From: Ophelia neglecta
Lineage: Eukaryota
Reading direction: 5' to 3'
Length of the DNA: 64,000 bases
Assembly: GCA_965285935.1 (NCBI GenBank)
Contig: OZ260661.1
Location: 30,318,001 to 30,382,000, forward strand
Positions 13,876-25,343 of this stretch are shown here, piece by piece. The position numbers and the translations under genes are program-made. The notes under the pieces are model-generated. The model was not told the origin of the DNA. It was given only the letters and a program-made list of their open reading frames with translations, and did no database searches. Positions within the stretch are counted from its first letter, which is position 1. Each line of letters starts with the position of its first letter.

Positions 13876-15179
13876 AATGACGCCTTTGCTAACTGATTAT
13901 TGCTGTAATAATTCAGGCAATCAACAGAAAATCCGGTTGGTTGTCTGCCAACTTTCCTAGGATATTATTGCTTGTTGTTTGCATTGGTCCCAATATCCCT
14001 CAACAATATCCCACAATCCATTGCAACATTGCCCTATACCAAGGTCAGCGCGGCAGGGAGGGGGGTAAACTCTAGTATTGCCATAAAGAAAATTATCATT
14101 TTTACAACACTTTTAACAAACGGTCGACTGAAACAACGCTTTATAAATTTATTGGATGAAAAAAGGCAAACCATGTGTTCACAGTCCGCTATTTACCATT
14201 TTGTAGCTTTTGACATGTATTTAATCGTATTCCGTCCATCTATTAAGTGCCTATTTATAGGTTAATAACATAACACCAACTATAACACCACTGATAAAAT
14301 AGGCTCCGTATGTCCCCCCTTCCATGACCTGAATTGATATATTACGTCCGGTTTAGCGCAGTTTAACACGTTAAATTATTCAATTCTTAGGTTGTTGTTT
14401 GTACTAATAGTCACGTTAGTAGGATGCAATTCCAAAATGTATGTCTCTTTTTTTGCGTATTATACTGTGCACTGGCTGTGTTATTCATATAGGCAGTCTC
14501 GCAAGTGTATGCTTCAGATACCAAAGACTTAATAGGTCAGACATTAACACCCGATGTCGCTTGATTTACAGGATCCATCAATATTACCCGGGGTCATAAG
14601 AAATTAGTTGGTTTTTGATCGTGATAGGTCAATATTGTACGAGATATTGTGAGCTAATTTTTACCATGAAAATAAACATACATTGTACCCCCTTGTGTAT
14701 GTTTCTCTGGAGGGACATACAAACCTAGCGGTCGGAGTCAGTTATTCTTAAAGATATTCCTGAAGCTTTTCTAGAGCCCCCCTTTAACGGGCCCCACGGA
14801 TCTTTTTTAAAGACGTGAATTCTCTTCATGCATAATGAAAGGATAACTCTCAGTCGGCAGCATACTTTGCTGCTCCTGAGCAGCACATACAGTAAATATA
14901 CAGTTCCATTGGGTCAGTGCAAGGATGTTCCCGACATATAGGTCTATATTTTGGTCTCTAGGAATTGATCTGATGGCAACCAGCAAAGCAATTTATAGGC
15001 TGATCTGTTCTTATTTTTCCAGCCACCTGAATGGGGCATCAGAACAGAAATACTTATTGATTCACTAATTTTGGCAATCGGTGCCTATTCTTTACAAAAG
15101 TTTTCCTAAAGTCCTGGCACTCTTGCAGGCCATGCCGGTTATCAGATATTAAAACACAATCATAAGTAGACAAGGCGAG

Positions 15180-15900
15180 CAGAATGCTCAAGGGATCCTA
15201 GACGGCCCCAGCACTTGACCCCTCCGATTTTGTAGCTGTTCCTCCCCATCATTGACGAGTTAAGCGATTAAAAAAGGCGATGCTGATTCGCACTATCATA
15301 CCATTAAATGGTAGATAAAGGCTCACTGAGTTTCCCAATTACCCTTGACTACCGAACTAATGTTTATGTACTAGACCGAAAGACAGTGGCCTGACCTGTG
15401 TTTCCACCTTTCTCCAGATGCGTGCAATACAAATGAATTATCTTATAGATTGTACCCTTTACTGAACACTGCTTATCTTTACACTAACTCACAAACTTGT
15501 TATTTGCCTCCGCCCAAAACCCTGGTGAACAAATTGCACATGATAGACAACAAAGCAATTGGTCTATCTTTAATGGCTCGTTTAAGTTGCCGCTCCTATG
15601 GAGGGAGAATATCAAATCTATGGTCCAGCTGTCGGGAACATCCCGGAGTTCCAATTGTTCGGGAACATTCCAAAGTACATTATTGATAAGCCTTAACATG
15701 CTTGGTGTAAGCAGGTCCATAATTCCTTATACATTTCATTAACCAGTATGTCAAGACCTGCCGCCTTGCCAGATTTTGTTCGACATAATGCTCTGGTCAA
15801 TTCATCTATAGAGATATCTTTCGTTAATTCCGGATAGATAATAACTCTAACCTATCCGCCAACCAAAGACTCGTTTATATCATTTTCGTCCCTCTTGCCA
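15180..15900 (-). mobile_element. Highly decayed LINE RT fragment
   Basis: Minus-strand DRPIALLSIMCNLFTRVL resembles the RT YRPI.L...K.F motif. Many stops; boundaries approximate. Confidence 0.5.
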
Positions 15901-16699
15901 CCAAGTCTACAAAAATGATATTTGCGCGGAATACGGAAATACTTTGATTTCAATGCTACAAAATCTAAAGTTATGATTTGTTGTAAAAACAAAAATGATT
16001 GATAAAGATTTCTTATGTGTACTAAGCGATTGTCCGGCGGAGGCAGTCAATACGTTTACTCACTTTGGCAATTTACTAATAAAATACATATAAATTGGTA
16101 AATGGCTGCTAACCTCCCTGAGGCCTTATGGTGGGCACATCGACGGTCTTAATCCTATCGCGACTAGTGCACTGTACTTGACTGTGTTCCCAAATGCTGT
16201 TTTGGGGATGCCGGTGAGCTCTGGTGTTAGCTGACTGTCGGGGTGTGTAAGACCCTAGGGCGCTCAAATAGGCATGCTGGTAGGTCGGTCTATACATGCT
16301 ACTATACTATTATCCCAGAACAAGGACCGTTGTAGCATACGACAAAAACAGTTATTCCATGGTAGGATGTTTAGGTTACCCACAGCATTTCAGGCAAACA
16401 AGCTGTTACCGAACAGCCTTAAACGCTATCTTGACGCCGCTCGTGGTTTTGGTTTCAGATTAAAAAGATTCAGTGTTTATTGCCATGGTAATAAACACAA
16501 GTACACTTCATATTACAATGAATACAAACAAAAATCACGTGGCAACGAGAGCAGGACAGTAGAAAGTTGCACATTCCCTATTAAAAAAACACACTATAAA
16601 AAAATTCTGGGCCTCTAAAAATATCAAAACAAAGCAGCGAGATACACACAACTACCCTCAAACTTAGGTATTTGTGGTGGTTAGAAAGAGGGAAAAAGA

Positions 16700-17660
16700 G
16701 CATAATAATGATTATAATACTCAGGTCAAGATATATGATTCAATACAGATTATAGGCAGTCTAACAAAGAGTCACTAGAAAATAACAGAATTCATTAAAA
16801 GTAACAGGGAACATTTTATTGGCAAATTTGTAGACAAACATGACAACTTTTTATATAAGTGTTATGAATATTAAATATTTTCAGTTCCATAAAGAGAGGC
16901 TCTGTACGAGCCCTGAATTTAGTAGATTCTACAATCCGTATAGATCTATTTTGCAGTTTTATGATGCAAGTTAATAGCTGTAGTATTCCCCCATACCTCA
17001 ATACAATATGTTATGAGAGGAAGAATAAAACCGTCATACGCAAAGTCAACAATGATCCGGTTCCAAGAAACCTCCCCTACATATTATGCCAATACCTTTA
17101 GACATTTTATTACCAACTGCATGTTCAGACCACGATATTTTGGAGTTTATTATAACACCCAAGAATTTTATAAAATTGACTTGCTTAATACGCTTGTTAT
17201 TAATTACAAGAGGTAAAATGCGGGGATACTTTTTCTCAAACTAAAAATGATATAATGGGTTTTCTTACTATTTCATAAGAGCTTGTTAGCCTGTTACCAA
17301 CTGACAATATGTTGTATCTCCCCATTCATGGATACAATAAGAGTGTTTATTTTTCTTCCATTTTCGAATCTGTTGGTGTCGTCTGCAAATAAAATTGGAA
17401 AAAGGACAGAAGTCTCATTAACCATGCCATTAAAATAGAGCATAAACAAAAGGGGTCCCGATATAGAGCCTTGAGACACAACACAGGTTATATAACATTC
17501 TGATTACAGTAATTAAAAGAGACAAACTTTTTAAGCCTGTAGAGGTAACTTCTTAACCAGTCATGAGTTACCACTCCTATACCATATTTATACATTTTTC
17601 TAAGCAATATATCATGATCCACCGTATCAAATGCCTTGCTAAAATCCAAAAATGCCCCCA
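16700..17660 (-). mobile_element. Decayed CR1/L2-group LINE RT fragment
   Basis: Minus-strand FLDFSKAFDTVDHDILL, SQGSISGPLLFMLYFN and ILFADDT, plus RARTEPLFMELKI. Frameshifted. Confidence 0.85.
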
Positions 17661-18557
17661 TTAATTTTGCTAATTCTTATTGAATCAAAACTTATGAGTT
17701 ACCTGTCTGATTACTTCTCAGGGAAACCGTGGCCAAAGAAAACGTGCCAAAACAGTCTAGTGAAAGACCCACTCATTAAAAGGGAGCAGAGCGACGGTTC
17801 TGGCATGCATGATTTAGACAAAATCTTGTCTTGTTAGCTTAGTGAAAGAAGGCAATGTCGGGACGGCGTGTTCGACTCTCGGCATATGTACTGAATTTTA
17901 CATTTTTGCTCTTTGTTGCGTGCGACCCAGTGAAGCTCAAGAACAAAATTGCACCAGTATAAGACGTCAGCTATCAGACAGCAAAACTGCAGGCCGTCAA
18001 ACGCAAAGTCTTATTTTTCTATACAATGACGGAGTCTTTGGCTTTTTCGCCCATTACGGCCCAATCGCTACTCTCGGCACTACCGCTGCTTCTGCGCATT
18101 TTACACGATTAGGTTATTGTCTTCCTTTGGTTTGTTCTGACTTGATATTGCCATCCCTGAGTGCTTCTGCAAGCAACGCTGAGCTGAAAGTCACAGAAGG
18201 TTTAGCACTATTGACTACTAGCTTGTGGTTTTACCACTGTCTGTACTTTCAACTCTTTCTGCACGTCTGCACCCTTCGACACCTTCGATGTCGTCTGTAT
18301 ATTTGACGATTTCGCAGGTTTCCGGACCTCTCGTACATTTTTTATGCTTTCTTTTTCTTCACACTTTCTGCACTACTATACCTGTATTTTCGGTTAGGTC
18401 CCTATATACTTTATGTAGGTAGTGTAAACTTATGCATCTACATAAATAAACAAGGTTGGGGCCCCTATCTTAAACAACTTCAAGGGGCCTCTATACCGCA
18501 CCTGTGGAATATAGTAACTCTGGCCCAAATATTTGCCGGGGAATAGCTATTAAGGTG

Positions 18558-18801
18558 GGCATACTGGAAAACCTGATACAAAATACGAAGGAAATACGAG
18601 ATACACAGATACGAAAAATTAAGATTGATTTGGATTATGACAGGGTAAGGGGTAGGGTTAAGCTAGCAACCTAACTAAACCATAACATACTTCATCCTTC
18701 ACCCTAACCCTAACCTAGTCCATATGGCTACGTTTTAAACACCTCGTATATCGTATCTGCGTCTCGTATCTGGTATTTCGTATCAGCTTTTCCAGTATGC
18801 C
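18558..18801. mobile_element. MITE with long TIRs and 9-bp TSD (Mutator-like TSD length)
   Basis: Ends ggcatactggaaaacctgatac / gtatcagcttttccagtatgcc. attaaggtg at 18549-18557 and 18802-18810. Internal gggtagggtta and ccctaaccctaacc tracts. Confidence 0.8.
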
Positions 18802-19140
18802 ATTAAGGTGGGAGCGTCGCTGGAGGACATTGCCCAATACATATGTCAGCCTCCTTTTTTCATTGAGCACTTTTTTGTTAAGCATTTTTCTTATGGAGTG
18901 CACTTGTCATTTTAGGAAGCCATCAGCTTATTTTGGTTATTATTTGGAATGTGCTCTTTATTTTATGGAGCCTGTTTATTTCATTTTTATTTTTCAAGGA
19001 GCGCTCTTTTTTTCATTTTTCATGGAGCGTGGTTTTGCTCAGTCGATTCACAGATTCGACCATACTAAGCTAGGGTAATTTACCCCAAAAGGACCCTTTC
19101 TTGTTGAACACACCTTGAGTATGAATGGAAATGGCAGTGC

Positions 19141-19358
19141 TGTTGTGATGGCAGTGTGTGTTTGTTGTTGCTTGATACTTGAACAAGATGTCACTACTTA
19201 CCTGTATGAAGACCAACGAACTAGTAGTATCTTGAAACGTAAAAGCGGTTTTGGAGAGGAAAAAGGGTGTAAATATAGTTGAATAAATACTGACCTTTGA
19301 AAGAGTTACCAACGGATTAGGTTGTCTAATTACACATAAGGACGAGAAATTCACTACA
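19141..19358 (+). repeat. 5' LTR of the BEL/Pao element
   Basis: 218 bp. By manual count 8 substitutions and 1 indel versus the 3' LTR. Confidence 0.95.
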
Positions 19359-22300
19359 TGGTGCCGGAACCCGACCTTAAAAATGTCACATACATACCTG
19401 AAAGCAATGAGGACCAGATACGTGAATCTGATAACGCAGGAACATACTGTTGCCCGAGGACTCTTGACAAGCAAACCAGATATTTAGGATATAACAGAAA
19501 CAAAGAACTGGATGAGAAAAGTAAACACTTGTGCCAAAAAATTACAAGAATTTGTAGACAAGCTAGAAGGAATTATAGAGAAGTTGGCAGTAGAAATTGA
19601 AGGAATAACACAAGAGGAAGAACAAAAAGGTATAACATTATTATTTGAACAAGCAGTATCTATTTCAAGTGAAGGTCTTATATTAGTATGTGAATTACGA
19701 GCTCTGGAAAATACAATAGAAAGTGAATTAAAGCAAACAGCTGCCAAGAAATCAGATGATTTGGAAACAATTTTGACTCGAGTGTTAGAAAAAGTGGAGT
19801 CTAAGGGCCAAAAAGCAGAATCACGACCCACACATGTGAAACTTCCAAAAATAGAGATTAAATCATTTGATGGTGATATTCGCCAATTTAGTGAATTTTG
19901 GGACGCCTTTGAGACAACAAACCACAAAAATACGACCCTCAGTGATATAGAAAAGATCACATACCTGAGATCTAAACTAATAGGAGAAGCATACAATGCT
20001 GTGAAAGGCTTTAAACTAACCTCAGCAAACTACCTTGAAGCCGTAGATACATTAAAAGAGAGATTAGACAAAATTCAAGCAACAATTCATACACATTATA
20101 CTCAACTAATGAATTTGAAAACAGCAACCACCAGCACCTCCTCTCTGAGACAAACTTTAGATATCATAGAAACCCACCTTAGGTCCCTGGAAGCACTAAA
20201 TCAAAGCACTCAACCCCGACAATACTGGCGAAAACGCAAAAGTAAGATTATTACTAGACTCTGGTAGCTATCGCAGTTATATTTCTGAGAAATTAGCCAA
20301 AAAACTGAATTTGAAACTGGGACAATATGAGGAAGTGAATCTGGTGACATTTCGAAAAAGGACAAACACAGTCATTAAAACTCCAACTACAAATATTGAG
20401 ATCAAACAAAATGATGGCAAGATATTAAGGTAAATGTTGTACCACAAATCACTGGAGATATACAGAGGATGCCAGTTGACATAGACACTCTGAATAACCC
20501 TTTATTCAGAGATTTGCCCATGGCAGATACTATACCTAAAACAGAGAAGTTTCTTCTATTGATATATTGGTAGGCATTGATTACTACTTGGACATTGTTG
20601 AACCACACAGACTACAGTCATTTCAGGGTCTCTACTTACTTGGTTCAAAGTTTGGTTGGATACTGACAGGCAGAATGGCTTCCAAACCAACTTGTCACTA
20701 TGCACAACCTACCATGTTGATTATGCCATTCGGCAGTTTTGACAGCCCACAGAAGTTGGACATTACTATCCTGATTCCAATTTAACAATCAAACCCCCGG
20801 TTGAGGAATTTTGGAATTTAGAAACAATAGGTATCAAAGATTCTCACACAGGCTCCGAAGATGAAATTGCCCTCCAGAAATTTAATGAAAATGTTATGTA
20901 TGAGGGAGGAAGATACTATACATCATGGCCATGGAAAAATGACAAAATACAGACTGAATTGCCCTCCAATTATGAACTCTGTATCAGTCGTCTCAAATCA
21001 CTATTAGGAAAGCTTTGCAAAGTACCAGAACTCTTAAAAACCTATGACAAGGTGATACAGGACAAGAAAGGCTAGGAATAATTGAGAAGGTGCTGCAGGG
21101 GGACAGAGAGACAGCTTATAACAAAATACATTATGTTCCACACCATGCTATTATTGACCCTACCAAGCCAACTACAAAAGTTAGAGTAGTATACGATGCA
21201 TCAGCAAAAACCAGGCCCTCAAACTCATCACTCAATGATTGCATTACCGTGGCCCAATACTAATGGAAGACCTGGGTGGATTACTTTTAAGATTCAGACT
21301 CCACAAGGTGGGGATAATAGCAGATATCGAAAAGGCCTTTTTACAGGTAGGCCTACAGTCTGAAGATCGAGATGTGACAAGATTTTTGTGGTTAAGGAAC
21401 ATAGATAAAGTACAAGTTTCAGCAAACCTACAGATTCTGCAGAATTCCTTTTGGCATCATCTCCAGCCCATTTTTACTTGGGGCTACAATCATCCACCAT
21501 TTGAAAAAACTCAATTCAGAAACTGCCCTCAAGATAATACAAAATTTATATGTGGACAATGTATTCACTGGAGTTGATGACACAAAAGAAGCAGTCAAGT
21601 TCTATGTGGAGAGTAAAACATCTTCCAAGTGGCCTCTATGAACTTAAGAGGTTGGGCCTCTAACCATAGGGATTTTGTCAAGGACATTGCTGAAAATGAT
21701 CTATTGGCTAGCAACAAGACCAAACTGAAGGTGCTAGGTTTGTTGTGGGATTTGAGTGATGACACATTGTGCACAAATAGTTTGACAATATCCACAACCC
21801 AGCCTAAACTAACAAAGAGAGACATTTTACATAATGTCTTTCTAGTATTCGACCCTCTGGGTTTCTTCACGCCCTGTTCACTCCCAGCCAAACTTCTCAT
21901 TCACGACCTATGGACTGAACATTACGAGTGGGATCAAAGCTTACCAATGAAAAGGCATTCTCAGTGGGAAGCAATAATAAAAAACCTTCAAATGATTGAA
22001 AAAATAAAGCTCCCTAGAGTTGTCAAGACAACATGTGCAAATGAAAATACAGAATATGTTCTCTTATGTTTCACAGATACATCCAAAAGAGCCTATGCTG
22101 CTGCAGTTTATTTTGTACATATAATGGAGACTAAATCCCATTCAAATCTAGTTTTCTCAAAGGTGAGACTTGCACCGTCTAAGACAGTTTCAATAACACG
22201 CTTAGAACTTCTTGGTGTACTTATTGGAACCAGAGTCCTGAAATATGTGAAAAGACATTTGAAATTACCAATAACTGACTCGTATCTGTTTACAGACTCA

Positions 22301-24136
22301 CAGTGTGTCCTTAAATGAAATCCTGAAAAATATTGATTCTGAAAAAACGAAAGGAAACCCTATCTTTGAAACAGGACTTGTTGTAGCACACATAACTAGT
22401 GAAAACAACAAACCCATTGGTATAGATGAAAAAAGATTCCCTTCCATGAAATAATTACTCAGAGTGACTGCACTAGCCCTATTTTCAAAGATAAGAAAGG
22501 AAATTTTAGAGCAGGGAGTAATTACACGTGAAGAAATAAATCAAGCAAAGATTCTGTGGGAAATTAGCATTCAAAAAAAAGCATACCCCAATATCTTGGA
22601 AGACACATGTACTAGGAAATGGGACAATCTAGCTGTTCAACTAGGTCTACAGAAGGATAAGTGTAGTCGGCTGATATGTAAAGGCAGATTAGGAAACTCC
22701 GTTATATGTGAATCTGCCAAGCAACCAATTTTGCTTCCCAAGAATGCATATTACAGTAAACTAGTGATTGAGGAGGCACACAGAAATGTTATGCATTCTG
22801 GGAATGCGCATACTCTAGCAAATGTGAGACAAACTTACTGGATTCCCCAGGGAAGAGCTACAGTTAAGAAAGTACTAAAAGAGTGTAAAACATGTCGAAG
22901 GTGGGATGGAGGCCCATATCCTATGCCTCCGAATCCCCCTCTACCCCCTGAAAAAGTGACAATATCCTTACCTTTTACTCATACAGGACTGGACTATATG
23001 GGGCCATTGTACATCTAAGAAAGAAATGGACAGAAGTCTAAAATATGGCTGTGTTTATTCACATGCATGGCTGTTCGATGTGTCTGCGTAGTTTTATTGC
23101 AACATATTCAAAACCAGATACAATTACATAAGATAATGCTCCCCAATTCAAAGTGACAAAAACCGTGGTACAAAATACATGGACTGGAATACATGATGAT
23201 CCCAAAGTAGTGTCTTATCTTGCAGGACAAAATATACAGTGGAACTTCATTCCAGAACATGCTCCGTGGATGGGAGGGTCCTATGGAGAGACCTGTGGCC
23301 CTAGTAAAACAAGCTCTTCGTAAAACATTGGGTAAAAGCTGTCTGTCTTACGATCAACTGTGGACAGTAGTACTTGAAATATGTGCAGTGATAAATTCAA
23401 GACTACTGGTTTATCTATGTGAAGAACTGGATGGAAATGTACCTTTGACCCTAGCAAGCTTTCTCAGAATGTATGTACATCCCAAAACAGGAACTCCTGA
23501 CATTTGTGATGCACAGAAAGACAACCCTGACTTTAGGACAAACTTGAATAGTGAACAAACACTTCTAAAATCCTGGAAAGAAGGACAGATATATCTCAAA
23601 TTATTCTGGAGATATTGGGCTGAAGACTATCTACTAAGCCTACGTGAACGTCATAGAAGTCCTGACTTGAAGACAGAGAGAATCCAATCATCTTGCACAG
23701 CCACTGTGGGTGATGTTGTCCTTGTACACGAATCATAGCCACGAGGTTCATGGAAGATAGGAAAAATTGACTCATTACAAAAAAGCAGAGATGGCGAAAT
23801 AAGAGCAGCCAAGATAATGACCCCTTCAAAAAGACTGATTACTAGGCCTTTAAGTCTACTTTATCCTTTGGAAACTCATACGATTAAAAAGGCTTTGTAG
23901 ATTCTGTAGATATTGATTCTAGAGACTTCACTTGTGTAAACAAAAGTAATGAGATTCGAAGTAATCTATCACCCAAACCACAGAGGAAAGCTGCAAAAAG
24001 GGCCAGGAAATGGTTGAAGGACTTGTTACCAAGTATTAAAGATTAATTGAACTTACAATGGTCTACGTATATCAAATTCTATAATTTGTACATGCTAGTA
24101 TTCTGTTCCTAATTAATTTTTGTTGTTTATTGGGAG

Positions 24137-24355
24137 TGTTGTGATGGCAGTGTGTGTTTGTTGTTGCTTGATACTTGAACAAGATGTTACTACTTACCAG
24201 CATGAAGACCAACGAACAAGTAGTATCTTGACACGTAAAAACGGTTTTGGAGAGGAAAAAAGGGTGTAAATATATTTGAATAAATACTGACCTTTGAAAG
24301 AGTTACCTACGGATTAGGTTGTCTAATTACACATAAGGACGAGAAATTCACTACA
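24137..24355 (+). repeat. 3' LTR of the BEL/Pao element
   Basis: 219 bp, preceded by gggag and followed by TSD agtgc. Confidence 0.95.
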
Positions 24356-25343
24356 AGTGCCCCCCGCTCCCCAACACCATCACCACAACCACGGAACCAC
24401 ATGGCCACCCGAGTCCCTGATTCTATTGGTAACTATGTAGGTCTTAGCACTAATTTGAACTACACCTCACCTAGAATGTTGTGCGTAAACACACAAGGTC
24501 CAATATGGAATATGTTTATAGTTTAAAGCTATAAAAGGCTTAATACCACTTTATGTGAGAAAGCAACCAGAAGCCTCCGAGTTCTAGCCAGAATTGCAAC
24601 TACTTGAGAGTAAACTGGTTCTTAAATAACAAGGGCAACCTTCCATGCTAACCCCCCCCCCCCCCCTCATTGTTAAAATTCGGGAGGTTAGTCGACGAGT
24701 ATAGGATGGTATTCACTATACCGTGAAGCATCTTCTTCAGACAGGACAACTACAGACCAATCCTCCTAAGTCTTAGTGATACTAGAGTAGACTACACAGG
24801 TTAGTAAATAGTCTTCATTAAATTATAAAATGTACGATTATTTCAGCGGGGGGGGGGGGGGGGGGTTGGTGAGGAGATAAAACGTATTGGTTGCTAAGCG
24901 ATGGATGATATACTATTAATGTTGGCTGTTGGTTTTTATTTAACATTACTTCTGATAAAGGGAGGGGTGATATATTTATGTTGGCTGAGCGTTGGTTATA
25001 TAAAATTATCTCTACTGGGCATAATGATTAATTTTTCCTCATTAATATTTATATCTTTATCCATGTTGTTGAATACTTCAATGCCACGTGTTCAACATTC
25101 TGAATGAAAGAGAATAATGTTCTAATGTCAGTCATATATTGATCCTGGTCGTATCGCATTATCCTCATGTTAATGTACGTTTCTGGTCGTTCATAATGTT
25201 TACTCGTTGAAATAGTTATTATCATATTAGTATAGTATCGTGACTTGTATTCAGACAAGGATATACATTTTTATTTAGCATATAAAACCTCACATACATT
25301 GGCATACAATATTTGAATACCTTAAAGTTATTTTACAGTAATA

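Larger units (their letters stand above)
19141..24355 (+). mobile_element. BEL/Pao LTR retrotransposon, internally deleted and frameshifted
   Basis: LTRs 19141-19358 and 24137-24355 (TG...CA), TSD agtgc (19136-19140, 24356-24360). PBS tggtgccggaacccga resembles the complement of the tRNA-Phe 3' end. Gag KLPKIEIKSFDGD (DUF1759-like); RT ADIEKAFLQV and YVDN; FDPLGF and FTDTSKRAYAAAVY (Pao RNase H region); integrase HHCC and GLDYMGPL; FWRYWAEDYLLSLRERH. Confidence 0.96.

Noticed and set aside
15000-15160. U2 snRNA-like words (atctgttcttat; reverse-strand tttaatatctgata)
   Set aside because: The two short matches are on opposite strands and the rest of U2 is absent.
24690-24800. Possible coding first exon of the sulfotransferase
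   Set aside because: The ATG frame hits a stop, the segment reads like a LINE RT scrap (DNYRPILL), and it is not shared with copy 2.
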